NCBI GenBank assembly: GCA_963664825.1
Contig: OY761614.1
Span: 928,001 to 992,000 of the forward strand
DNA length: 64,000 bases
Reading direction: 5' to 3'
Origin: an uncultured Holophaga sp.
GTDB taxonomy: Bacteria; Acidobacteriota; Holophagae; Holophagales; Holophagaceae
The translations under genes and the position numbers were made by a program. The notes under the pieces were generated by a model. That model was not told the DNA's origin. It worked only from the letters and a program-made list of their open reading frames with translations, and made no database searches. Of the stretch, positions 29,500 through 38,650 are shown piece after piece; position 1 is the stretch's first letter, and the number at the start of each line of letters is the position of its first letter.

Positions 29500-32400
29500 T
29501 CAGAACTTCAACCCGATGCTGGCGCTCACATTGCGACCCGCAATCCAGTAGGCATAGTTACCAGCGTCCGTACCAAATGTACTGGGATCCGCCACAGCGA
29601 TCGAGGAGGCGCCGTAGCTCTGCTTCCCAGCAGAGAAGGTGTTCACAAAGCCCGTCCGGATCTGCGTGTTGAACACATTGTCCACCTGCATGGACCCCAT
29701 GAGCTGGAGCTTGCCATAGCCGAGGGGCAGGGACCAGTCGATCTTGGCGTCCACCTGGGAGCTATCGTTGGCGGTGAAGGCGCCAGGCTTCGAGAACCAA
29801 GCCGTGTAGGCCGTAGGCATGGAGCCTGTCGGAACCCCCGCGCCGGTAGGCAGTGTGCCGGGAGTGGCAACAGATCCACTGGCACCATAGTTCACGCCAG
29901 AATCGTAGCGCAGGAGGGCCGAGTAGGAGATGCGCCCCTTGCCCATGGGCAGGGAAGCCGTCAAGTAGAGGCGGGCCTTCTGGGTCTGATTGCTGATGAG
30001 CAGGCCCGTGGGCGCATAGGAGCTGACAGGCGTGCCATGGCTTGCGAACCATCCCTGCAGGTTCGTGGGAGCAGAAGCCGTCGTGTCGTAGAAGCCCTGA
30101 CTGCCGTTGTCCCCACCATTGTTATTGCCCGTAAGGCGGCTATAGGTGTAGTTGCCACCGAACAGCCACGTGCTGTTGATATTATGGCGGAATTCCAGTT
30201 CCACGGCATTGTATTCACGTTTTAACAGGCTGCTATTGCCCCAGCGTGTGGCCAGTGCCGATTTGGGGGTAAGACCACCCCCGGTGGGATCCGGCACGTT
30301 CACATAGTAGGATGGATCGATATCAGTAGAGATGGAGAAATCGTTCTTCCACTGCTTGGAAATGGCGGTGACCTGAACGTAGGAACCGTTCTGATAGGCC
30401 CGACGATAGCCCAGGGTGAACTCAATCACATAGGGGTTGCTGAATTTGTCCAGTTGGTTGTTCTTCGAGGCGTCATAGAAATTCATGAGCGCCGTATAAT
30501 TGTCGGTATTCGTGATATTGGCGTAGTTGACCCAGGCTGCGGTCGGCACACCGGTGTAGCCGTACTGGGCATAGGTGGTATTGGCCTTCTTGATGAAACC
30601 ATCCGTGAAGCCCGCGCTGAACTCGTTCACATACTTCGCGGCCGTGAACGTGAAGAGATGGCGGGTGGACCCGTCCGGATCGTAACGGAGCTGGAAGCGG
30701 GGAGCCAGCGGCCCCCACTTATCGATCAGCACGGTCTTGTCCGTATCCTCGACCCGGAACTTGTCGAGGCGCAGGCCCAGCATCATGTTGAAGTGACTAT
30801 TGATGCTCCAGGAATCATTGGCGTAGAAGGAGGTGGTGCGCGTCTTGGAGGTGCCATCGGCGCCGTAATACTTCCGGAGAACCGCGGCCTGACCAATGGG
30901 GCCCGTGCCAGTCTGGATATAGCCAGGACCGTAAAGACCGCCATCAGGGTCATCCGGATTGACCCTCTTGGCGACTATGGCGTCCATCTGCCGGGCATAA
31001 TTCCAGTTGACAGCCTGGAAGGCCACGTGATTTCCGTAAGGATCGGCCGCAAGTTGACCGACAATGGTGGGGTCATCTGTGACCGCCGGAACATAGAAAC
31101 GGAGATTGCGGCTGCCATTCTGGGTCTGGGTGCCCCGCAGAAATTCATAGAAATCAAAACCGAAATCGAGTTCGTGATTCCCGTAGAAATCCACGAATTT
31201 CTTCAGGTTAATATTCCCACTCTGATTATCGCGCTTATCGAGGGCGGGAGACAGATTGAACCCGTAGGGGGACAGGACACCAGACGCGGTGCCCCCATAG
31301 GTGAGGCGCATGTGGTCTTCGGCCGGACAGGGGAAGGCCGTGTGCGCAACCGTCTTGGAATAGCGGGCTTCGATGAAGGTGCTGGCTCCCAATACGCCGC
31401 GGTAACCGTAGCTGTAGTATTTTTCCACACCATCATAGGCGAAGGAATTGTTCTGGATCGTGGCCGGAACCGCAGAGCCATAAGGGTTTTCGTTGGTGAT
31501 GGTCTGATGGTTCTGCTGGAAGGCGAAATCGATCGTATGATCGGGGGTGATGGCGGCCGTGAACTTGGCGTCGATGTAGTTCTGGGTGGTCTCGCTGACC
31601 AGGGCCTTCCCTGTGTCATACCCATAAAGGCGGCCCTGGGCGAAGGTCGGATCCCAAGTGTGCCATTGCTGCCCCGTGGGGGTCGCAGCGGTCCACTGGG
31701 ACGGAACCTCACCCTCGAGGATCACGTTGCGGCTGCCCTCGGAGGGTTTCTGAATCGTGGAAACCGCGAACCAGAGTTTGTCCTTGATGATGGGACCGCT
31801 GAAGAAGATATCCGTCTGGCGTCGACTATAGACGTTGGCGCGGCCATCAGACCCGTCTGGTTCCGCATGACGGGCGGTTTGCCAGTCATCGCGACTGATG
31901 TAGCTGCGGAGAGATCCAGCAAAATCGTTGCCGCCGCTCTTGGTGACCACATTGACCATGCCGCCACCGGTGCGGCCGAAGCGGGCATGGAGGGGTGACT
32001 GGATGACCTGGGTATCCTCCACGGCATCCTCGATGAGCCGCGTGGTATTCATCCTGCCTTCGTAGTCGTCCTTGATGCTCGTGCCATTCAGGGTGTAACC
32101 CGTTTCCTGGGTCTTGCCACCTCGGATGGAGACGCCGCGATCACCCATGGAAGTGACCCCGGGCGCGAGATCCATGGCGCCGATGAAAGCACGGTCGCCA
32201 CCACTTGTCGGAAGGGCCAGCATTTCCTCGGAGGAAATCGAAGTCGCCGCCTTGGTATCCGATTTATCCATACTGGCACTTGTGCTGATCACATCAACCA
32301 TGGCGGATGCCTGGGCGATGGGCTTCAGGGTGAAATCCTGGTGAATGCTCGCACCCACACCGATGCGGACATTGCGCGCCCCCTGTCCGGCATATCCATC

Positions 32401-32658
32401 CTTGATGACATCCACCTGATAATCACCGGGAGGCAGGAGGGGGGCCCTGAACGTGCCCGAGGCATCCGTCACAACCTTGCGGGGGGCGATGAGCTGGGAT
32501 GCACGAATAAGGACCTGGGCACCCGCCAGTTTGGCGCCCTTGGAATCCTTCACGGAGCCAGAGAGCGTACCGGTTACTTCCTGCCCCTGAAGGACGACAC
32601 CGGCCGTGATGGCCATGGCCACACTACCGAGCATCAATGAGCGTTTCACGAAAGACAT
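29500..32658 (-). CDS. Oar-like TonB-dependent transporter with N-terminal carboxypeptidase-regulatory-like domain
   Basis: GTLSGSVKDSKG, IRGG, GGMVNVVTKSGGNDFAGS, LAPRF, terminal IGLKF; GGAGG RBS before ATG 32658. Confidence 0.9.
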   Translation of the reverse strand: MSFVKRSLMLGSVAMAITAGVVLQGQEVTGTLSGSVKDSKGAKLAGAQVLIRASQLIAPRKVVTDASGTFRAPLLPPGDYQVDVIKDGYAGQGARNVRIGVGASIHQDFTLKPIAQASAMVDVISTSASMDKSDTKAATSISSEEMLALPTSGGDRAFIGAMDLAPGVTSMGDRGVSIRGGKTQETGYTLNGTSIKDDYEGRMNTTRLIEDAVEDTQVIQSPLHARFGRTGGGMVNVVTKSGGNDFAGSLRSYISRDDWQTARHAEPDGSDGRANVYSRRQTDIFFSGPIIKDKLWFAVSTIQKPSEGSRNVILEGEVPSQWTAATPTGQQWHTWDPTFAQGRLYGYDTGKALVSETTQNYIDAKFTAAITPDHTIDFAFQQNHQTITNENPYGSAVPATIQNNSFAYDGVEKYYSYGYRGVLGASTFIEARYSKTVAHTAFPCPAEDHMRLTYGGTASGVLSPYGFNLSPALDKRDNQSGNINLKKFVDFYGNHELDFGFDFYEFLRGTQTQNGSRNLRFYVPAVTDDPTIVGQLAADPYGNHVAFQAVNWNYARQMDAIVAKRVNPDDPDGGLYGPGYIQTGTGPIGQAAVLRKYYGADGTSKTRTTSFYANDSWSINSHFNMMLGLRLDKFRVEDTDKTVLIDKWGPLAPRFQLRYDPDGSTRHLFTFTAAKYVNEFSAGFTDGFIKKANTTYAQYGYTGVPTAAWVNYANITNTDNYTALMNFYDASKNNQLDKFSNPYVIEFTLGYRRAYQNGSYVQVTAISKQWKNDFSISTDIDPSYYVNVPDPTGGGLTPKSALATRWGNSSLLKREYNAVELEFRHNINSTWLFGGNYTYSRLTGNNNGGDNGSQGFYDTTASAPTNLQGWFASHGTPVSSYAPTGLLISNQTQKARLYLTASLPMGKGRISYSALLRYDSGVNYGASGSVATPGTLPTGAGVPTGSMPTAYTAWFSKPGAFTANDSSQVDAKIDWSLPLGYGKLQLMGSMQVDNVFNTQIRTGFVNTFSAGKQSYGASSIAVADPSTFGTDAGNYAYWIAGRNVSASIGLKF

Positions 32659-32692
32659 GTAACCTCCAATCATCAATGAGTTTCGATTGCAA

Positions 32693-33349
32693 TCAGAACT
32701 TGAAGGTGTAGCCGATCTCGATCTTCGGCTTATTGACGCTCTTCTCCCCGATCTGGTAACCCGTAGTAGTTGTTCCGTACACGGGATCCACGGTCGTCAC
32801 CTTGTTGCAGGCGAAGATGACGTTCAACTCCAGTGCGCCAATTTCATTCAGGTCCCACTTGACGCCTGCATAAGGAGATGCCGTCATCCAGGACTTATAC
32901 GTGGCCAATTCCCAGGAGCCATACTGTCCCGTCGAACCGAAGGTTCCGATGGACTCATTGTGGTTCTTGAGCTTCGCGATGGAGACCCCAACCTGGAAGC
33001 CGAAGTCCTTGACGATTTCCTGACTCCACCCCAGCCGCAGCGCGATCCCATCTGTGGAGTTCTTGCGGGAATCCACGGCTGTAGCGTCCGTAAGTCCGAA
33101 GGGGTTGGTCCCAATGGGCTGACGGTATTGCTTGCCCGAGAAATACTGATAGCCGAGTTCAGCATTCAGGGCGCCGGGTCCAATCTTGTAGGCGTAATTC
33201 ACACCGACACCGAAGCCATTCCGCATCCCTTCCGTGGTTTCAAAACCGCCCTGGAAGCGCAGTTTAAGGGAGAGCGGCGACGCATCATCGGCGGCGCTCA
33301 AGGCTCCAGCCAACAAAAAGGCCGAAACCACCAGCAGTGTTTTCTTCAT
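32693..33349 (-). CDS. Outer-membrane beta-barrel protein
   Basis: AGGAGG RBS, signal peptide, AELGYQY, VDSRKN, SPYAGV, LELN, terminal YTFKF. Confidence 0.85.
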   Translation of the reverse strand: MKKTLLVVSAFLLAGALSAADDASPLSLKLRFQGGFETTEGMRNGFGVGVNYAYKIGPGALNAELGYQYFSGKQYRQPIGTNPFGLTDATAVDSRKNSTDGIALRLGWSQEIVKDFGFQVGVSIAKLKNHNESIGTFGSTGQYGSWELATYKSWMTASPYAGVKWDLNEIGALELNVIFACNKVTTVDPVYGTTTTGYQIGEKSVNKPKIEIGYTFKF

Positions 33350-33602
33350 TGCAACTCCTCCTAGGAATTTTGGGGAAGGGCTGGGCACATCCAATGCCCG
33401 GAACCCAGGTGATGGAGCAGGTCTTCCTGGTCCATGTGGCAGCACCAAAAATCACCGCCGTGGCTGGGAACGGTAAAGCTCAGCCAACCATTCTTCGAAC
33501 GGACATCCATGGGCCAAACAAAATGTCAAAGCGGAAACCTTTGAAAGGAAAGTAGCACTATCGGCTTCCCTTAGATGAATTTTTTTCACATCCATGACAC
33601 GC

Positions 33603-33618
33603 CGTGACATTCGTCACA
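33603..33618. promoter_or_regulatory. CRP/FNR-family-like binding site
   Basis: cGTGA-cattcg-TCACA (TGTGA-N6-TCACA, one mismatch) in the intergenic region upstream of the second OMP-TBDT operon. Confidence 0.4.
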
Positions 33619-33658
33619 CGTTCGCCACAGCCCATATCTGACTTGGCTATTGGTTTTT

Positions 33659-34303
33659 TTACGCCCCGATGACCACTCTCATCTCGTCGCTGCCGGCGTC
33701 GGAGCTGCAACCCACCAGCAGGGCACAGTGGCCGGGCTGGCTGGGGGGGAGCTCCACCTGGCCCTGGAAGAGGCCCTCGGCGTCGGTGCGGCCGCTGAGG
33801 AGTGTCACGGCTTTCTTGAGGCTGGAGATCAGGCGAATGGTAATCTCGGCATCCGGGACGGGATTCTGGCTGATGCAGAGCCGGGCCATCACCTTGAGGG
33901 GGAAGAGGGTGCCGAAGGTGGGCTTCAGGGGTTCCTCCACCACCAATTCCAGCGTATCGACATCGCCCTCCTGCTGGAGATACTCCAGGATGGCCTGATC
34001 CAGGGGACGCTCGTTGAAGACCAGCGATTCCGCGCCCTCTCCCTCGACGGGGGTCACGTCATACTTGCCATTCTTGATATCGCGGATGACGGACTTGTGC
34101 TGCTCGTCCATGCGGATCTGGATGACGTTATCGGGGACGGCGCCCCCCAGCAGATCCTCGTAGGAGGAGCGGTAGTTATCCAGGATCTCTCCGCCCACAT
34201 AGATCAGGGTCTCGATCTTGGGGTTTGCCAAGCCCTTGTCCTCGGTCTGGACGTGGAAGGTTCGGCTTCCGTGGCGGACATCCGTGTTGTAGCCAGTGAT
34301 CAT
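33659..34303 (-). CDS. Conserved hypothetical protein (GYNTDV...HVQTEDKG N-terminal domain + Ig-like C-terminus)
   Basis: Clean ORF with host-like codon use, co-oriented directly downstream of the response regulator. Confidence 0.8.
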   Translation of the reverse strand: MITGYNTDVRHGSRTFHVQTEDKGLANPKIETLIYVGGEILDNYRSSYEDLLGGAVPDNVIQIRMDEQHKSVIRDIKNGKYDVTPVEGEGAESLVFNERPLDQAILEYLQQEGDVDTLELVVEEPLKPTFGTLFPLKVMARLCISQNPVPDAEITIRLISSLKKAVTLLSGRTDAEGLFQGQVELPPSQPGHCALLVGCSSDAGSDEMRVVIGA

Positions 34304-34328
34304 GCCGGGTTCCCGTCCTTCTTCCTGG

Positions 34329-35807
34329 TCAGTGCCGCTGGAGGCGCTCAGCCACTTCGGGCATCACCTCCCAGGCGATTTCCCGGAGCACCTGATCGCT
34401 GAGCTTGGCCACCAGGGCCTTGGCCAGCATATCCAGGAGGACCGGGTCTGAGGCGATGGCCCGTACCAGGGCCTCCCCATCGGCCGAGGCTGGAATGGGG
34501 GTCGGAGCCAGAGTCGGGGTCGGAATCGGCACCAGGGGCGTGACGGCCTGCAAGGGGTCAAGGGCTGCGGGCACCTGCGGGGGCAGCATTTCAGCGGCGG
34601 GCGGCACTTCGGCAAGGGCCGGCTCGGCCAAGGAAGAATCCGGGGCCGGAGCGGCCTCCGGTATCTCCCCCAGATCCAGTTCCTCCTCGGGCTCAAGGGG
34701 AGGCATGGGGTGGGAAGGGGTCAGGGTCCCCAGCAGTGCTTCGCTTTCCTCCGGCCAGTCCACCATCGCCACGCCCGGCGTGATGGAAGTCTCGCCCAGC
34801 CCGGCCAGGAAATCAGGATCCGGAGCCAGAGCCGCGGGGGAGAAATCCAGGGGAGACCTGGGTTCGAAGGCCTCATGGGAGAGGGCTTCGAGCCCGGCCA
34901 GGGCCTCGGCATCGAAGGTGGCTTCCCCCTCGGGGCCCAGATCCGGAAGCTCCTGGGTGGCATGCTCCTCCAGCAGGTTCTCCTCCCAGAAGGGATCCAG
35001 GACTGGCGAGGTTTCAAGCGCCGGGGCAGGAATCGAGACGGGTTCGAGGGGTGGAATGACTGGGGGAGGGACCGCTGCCGGAGCCTCCATCCCTTCAGGC
35101 TGGGGCTGGGGCTCGATGACCATCCCCTTCAGGCTATCGAGATCGAGATCCTCCAGATCCAGGGATTCCTCCGGTGGGATCTCAGCGAAGATCGAGAGAT
35201 CCTCGGTGCCTGTGCCCGGGGTCTCCACCCAGAGATCGGATTCCGTGAGGACGAGGAGATCGGCCTCAGGGCTTTCCGATAGGGGTCCTACCGGGGACAA
35301 GGGTTCTGTCGAAGGCGTGGACTCCATGGAAGGAACGGCTTCCACCGGGGCTTCCATTCCCAGGGGCTTGCGGTATTCGGGCAGAGCCGAGAGTTGCACG
35401 GCCGGGAAGGTGGCGAAGGGCGAGGGCGAAGGCTCCACCCGAGCCTCGAGGAAGGCGTGGACGCGTTCCCCCAGATCCCGCAGTTCCACGGGTTTCTTGA
35501 GGAAGCCCTGGATGGAGGCCTTCTCGATCCGCAGGGGATCCACCGTATCCAGGACTCCCGCCATCATGGCAATGGGCATCCCCGCGGTGGCGGGATGCAT
35601 GCGGAACTGGTCCAGCAGCTGCCATCCGTCCATGCCCGCCATCATGATGTCGAGCAGGGCCACGTCGAAACGTTCCCCCTGGGCCACCAGATTCAGCGCC
35701 TCCTGGGCGCTTTCAACGCATACAAGCTGGATATCGGTGGGCGCCAGTAGCGTTTCCGCAATCTTGTGGATGCTCGGGTTATCGTCCACGAGGAGGAGAC
35801 GGGGCAT
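34329..35807 (-). CDS. RomR-like response regulator (receiver + Pro/Glu-rich linker + conserved C-terminal helix)
   Basis: LLVDD...LLDIMM...KP receiver; long acidic low-complexity linker; C-terminal LREIAWEVMPEVAERL. Confidence 0.8.
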   Translation of the reverse strand: MPRLLLVDDNPSIHKIAETLLAPTDIQLVCVESAQEALNLVAQGERFDVALLDIMMAGMDGWQLLDQFRMHPATAGMPIAMMAGVLDTVDPLRIEKASIQGFLKKPVELRDLGERVHAFLEARVEPSPSPFATFPAVQLSALPEYRKPLGMEAPVEAVPSMESTPSTEPLSPVGPLSESPEADLLVLTESDLWVETPGTGTEDLSIFAEIPPEESLDLEDLDLDSLKGMVIEPQPQPEGMEAPAAVPPPVIPPLEPVSIPAPALETSPVLDPFWEENLLEEHATQELPDLGPEGEATFDAEALAGLEALSHEAFEPRSPLDFSPAALAPDPDFLAGLGETSITPGVAMVDWPEESEALLGTLTPSHPMPPLEPEEELDLGEIPEAAPAPDSSLAEPALAEVPPAAEMLPPQVPAALDPLQAVTPLVPIPTPTLAPTPIPASADGEALVRAIASDPVLLDMLAKALVAKLSDQVLREIAWEVMPEVAERLQRH

Positions 35808-35894
35808 AGGAACCTCGGGAGGCCGGGGGTGAGAAGGCTGCGCCTAAACTAGCAGAAAAAAGGGACTACGAGTGTGGAAATGCGGCTGAAGGCA

Positions 35895-37205
35895 TCATCG
35901 GGCCCGCAGCAGGTGGCGAATCTTGCGCGGGCGTTCACCGCCCTGGAGCCGCACCAGCAGGATGCGATCCCCCACCCAGACCCAAGCCACCTCGGAGGCC
36001 TCCCGCATGGCGATATCGGGACCATCGGGGAGCCAGCCCCGCACGGAGGCCCGCAGGCTCGAGGCCGCCCGCCAATCGGCGCGGAAGGCGTTCATGAGCC
36101 CCTCCCGCTGCCTCTCCTTGGGAATCTCCTCCAGGCCCTTGCCCCAGCGCAGATCCCAGGCCGTGAGGGCCCCATCCTCTCCCTGCCAGGCCCAGGCCGC
36201 GTCATAGACGGGCCAGGATGGGCTCCCTTCGGGCAGATCCTTCCACTCCAGGGAGTTCAGGGAAGAGATGGACCGGATCATGCGATCCTTCTTCTGCGGC
36301 CGGATCCGCCCCATGCGCAGGGGAGGCAGGGCCGCCAGTTCCCCATCCCCGGCCCCCAGGCGGCGCCAAGTGCCCCCTTCCAGGCCCCAGAGGCTCCAGG
36401 CATCCCGACTGCTCACCCAGAGGCGATCCTTCCGGGGAAACCAGATCCGGGCTTCCGGACGCAGGGAAACCAAGAGGCGCGGCCCCTTGAGATCCTGGCC
36501 ATCATCCCAGAGCTGATCGGCCTTGGTGATCCAGCCCTTGGGGGCCCTGGGCATTCCGGATTCGTCCCAGGGGGCCAGGGTCTGAGGGGGCACTTCGCCC
36601 TCCACGGGAAGCGTAGTCAAGAGCCAGGCCCCTTCGGGTGCGGGAGCCCGCAACCCGAAGAGCACGGCCTTGCCATCCCAGCTGAAACGGCTCCAGGGGC
36701 CGCTATCCGAGGCCCAGAGCACCCGCCCCTCGGGCATCTCCAGCAGCCGCGTCTCGAAACGATCCGCACCCAGCACAAGGGTCACCAGCAGGTGATTGCC
36801 CTTGTCGGGATCCAGGCGCGCCGAGCAAATGGGCGCCTCGAAGCGGAAGCGCCGCCACTCCAGGCCCCGCCAGATGAGGATCTCGCCCCGTCCCGTGGGG
36901 CCATTCATGGCGAAACCCTGGTCCCCCAGGAAGGGGGAAGCGGGTTCCCAGGGGGCCTCAAAGCCCCCCGCCGAAGGCCAGGGCTTGCCCTGATCGGGAT
37001 CCTGGGCCCCCTGAAAGCGAGGAGCCCACCCATCGGCCAGGCGGTACTCGGCCAGGGTTTCGAAACTCTCCAGACTCAATGCCGACGGGACATCCCCCTT
37101 CCCTACCCCGCCCTGATTCTTGGAGCGCGGCGCCTGCACCACCGCCAGCAACACGAGCATGGCCGCGATGAACAAGGTGGCGATGAGATAGCGTTTCGGG
37201 ATCAC
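35895..37205 (-). CDS. Hypothetical membrane-anchored Trp-rich protein (possible beta-propeller)
   Basis: N-terminal TM; 436-aa ORF; FSWDGK-like motif. Confidence 0.65.
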   Translation of the reverse strand: MIPKRYLIATLFIAAMLVLLAVVQAPRSKNQGGVGKGDVPSALSLESFETLAEYRLADGWAPRFQGAQDPDQGKPWPSAGGFEAPWEPASPFLGDQGFAMNGPTGRGEILIWRGLEWRRFRFEAPICSARLDPDKGNHLLVTLVLGADRFETRLLEMPEGRVLWASDSGPWSRFSWDGKAVLFGLRAPAPEGAWLLTTLPVEGEVPPQTLAPWDESGMPRAPKGWITKADQLWDDGQDLKGPRLLVSLRPEARIWFPRKDRLWVSSRDAWSLWGLEGGTWRRLGAGDGELAALPPLRMGRIRPQKKDRMIRSISSLNSLEWKDLPEGSPSWPVYDAAWAWQGEDGALTAWDLRWGKGLEEIPKERQREGLMNAFRADWRAASSLRASVRGWLPDGPDIAMREASEVAWVWVGDRILLVRLQGGERPRKIRHLLRAR

Positions 37206-37400
37206 CGGGGTTCACCCACTCCTTCCCGCCCATGATGAAGTGAATGGGGGCATCTCCGCCATGGAACATCGCGATCGGCGGAAAACCCAAGACCCCGGCC
37301 GGACTTAGCAGCCTTGTTGCAGAAAGGTCTCCCGGAATTGACCCGGGCCCCACGGAAGCGTCACGGCGGCTATGGATCCTCAGAGCCGAGGAGGTGCCCC

Positions 37401-37943
37401 ATGGCCCCGATCCAGCTCCAGCCAACGCCCACCCCGGACCCCAGCCGCTTCCAGGTGCGGCCGCTGGTATCCACGGACTTTCCCGCGCTCCAGCGCCTCG
37501 AGCGGGCACTCTGGTCAGAGGACTCCGCGGGGCTCCTCTGCCCACACTACTTGCGCCTCTGCACAGAGATGTACGCGGACTGGTGCTTCATCGCCTGGAG
37601 GGGCGAGGAGGCCGTGGGCTACGTGCTCAATTTCCCCAAGGGCAAGGTCAATTACTGCGCCACCCTGGCCGTCCTGCCGGAATTCCAGAAGACCCGGGCC
37701 AACTACCTGCTGATCCGCGCCATGGTCAATAAGCTCCTGGAAGAAGGCATGGAGGAATGCCGCTTCCTGGTCGAACCAAACAACCGCGAGGCCCGCAGCG
37801 TCCACCAGGCCCTGGGGGCCCGGGTGGTGGCCGAAGTGGAGGACTACTACGGCAAGGGGGACACGCGGCTCTGGTCGGTGATCGGCCAGGAGGATCTGGA
37901 ACGGCTCCGGGCCAAATACACCCGGCTGCGCCTGGTCTCCTGA
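37401..37943 (+). CDS. GNAT acetyltransferase (EctA-like N-terminal motif)
   Basis: GGAGG RBS; YLRLCTEMYADWCFIA, LAVLPEFQK, N.EARSVHQALG, DYYGKG. Confidence 0.85.
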   Translation: MAPIQLQPTPTPDPSRFQVRPLVSTDFPALQRLERALWSEDSAGLLCPHYLRLCTEMYADWCFIAWRGEEAVGYVLNFPKGKVNYCATLAVLPEFQKTRANYLLIRAMVNKLLEEGMEECRFLVEPNNREARSVHQALGARVVAEVEDYYGKGDTRLWSVIGQEDLERLRAKYTRLRLVS

Positions 37944-38650
37944 TGAATATGCTCGGGACCTCCTTCCGCCTCGGGGCAGTCCTGGCCGAAACCCTCTGGG
38001 CCCTAGGCCGCATCTCCCTGTCTCGGAATCCCCACAGGCTCCTTTCCCCCTCCTGCCATCGCCTGCTGGAGAGCCTGGGGGTGGAGATCCGGGTGGAAGG
38101 GCATATCCCGCCAGGTGGCCAACTCTGGGTGGCCAATCACCTCAGCTGGCTGGACCCCCTGGTGCTGATGTCCCTTCGCCCCAGCAGCACCCTCGCCAAG
38201 CGCGAGATGGCGGACTATCCCCTGGTGGGCCGGGGAGCTCGACAGGCCGGTGTGCGCTTCGTGCGCCGGGAAGATCCCTTCAGTCGGGCCACGGCCCTCT
38301 GGGGGATGCGTCGGGAATTGGCGGCGGGCCGAAATTTTCTGATCTTCCCCGAAGGCACCACCACCCATGGCGAAAGCCTGGCCCCCCTAAGGGAAGGCGC
38401 CCTGCGCCTGGCGTTCCGCAAACAGGTGCCCCTGCTGGCCCTGAATCTATCCAGCGGACATGTCAACTATCCATGGGTGGGGGATGACGCCCTGCTCTCC
38501 CACATCCAAGGCCTGTGCCGCTCCCGGACGGTGGTGCGCGTGCGCCCTGGAACCGTGCTCCACCCCGGGGAATTTCCCTCGGAGGCAGCCTGGATCCGCC
38601 GGATCCGGGCAGACATCCACCCCAGCTCCTCCATCCAGGAATGTGCATGA
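37943..38650 (+). CDS. PlsC-family lysophospholipid acyltransferase
   Basis: NHLSWLD (HX4D) and IFPEGT; TGATG overlap with the GNAT gene. Confidence 0.9.
   Translation: MNMLGTSFRLGAVLAETLWALGRISLSRNPHRLLSPSCHRLLESLGVEIRVEGHIPPGGQLWVANHLSWLDPLVLMSLRPSSTLAKREMADYPLVGRGARQAGVRFVRREDPFSRATALWGMRRELAAGRNFLIFPEGTTTHGESLAPLREGALRLAFRKQVPLLALNLSSGHVNYPWVGDDALLSHIQGLCRSRTVVRVRPGTVLHPGEFPSEAAWIRRIRADIHPSSSIQECA

Noticed and set aside
33500..33570. Possible c-di-GMP riboswitch (ggaaac...gaaag)
   Set aside because: On the wrong strand for the downstream operon and lacks the second stem consensus.
37244..37400. Possible guanidine riboswitch ahead of the agmatinase operon
   Set aside because: No convincing ykkC, mini-ykkC or ykkC-III consensus found by eye.
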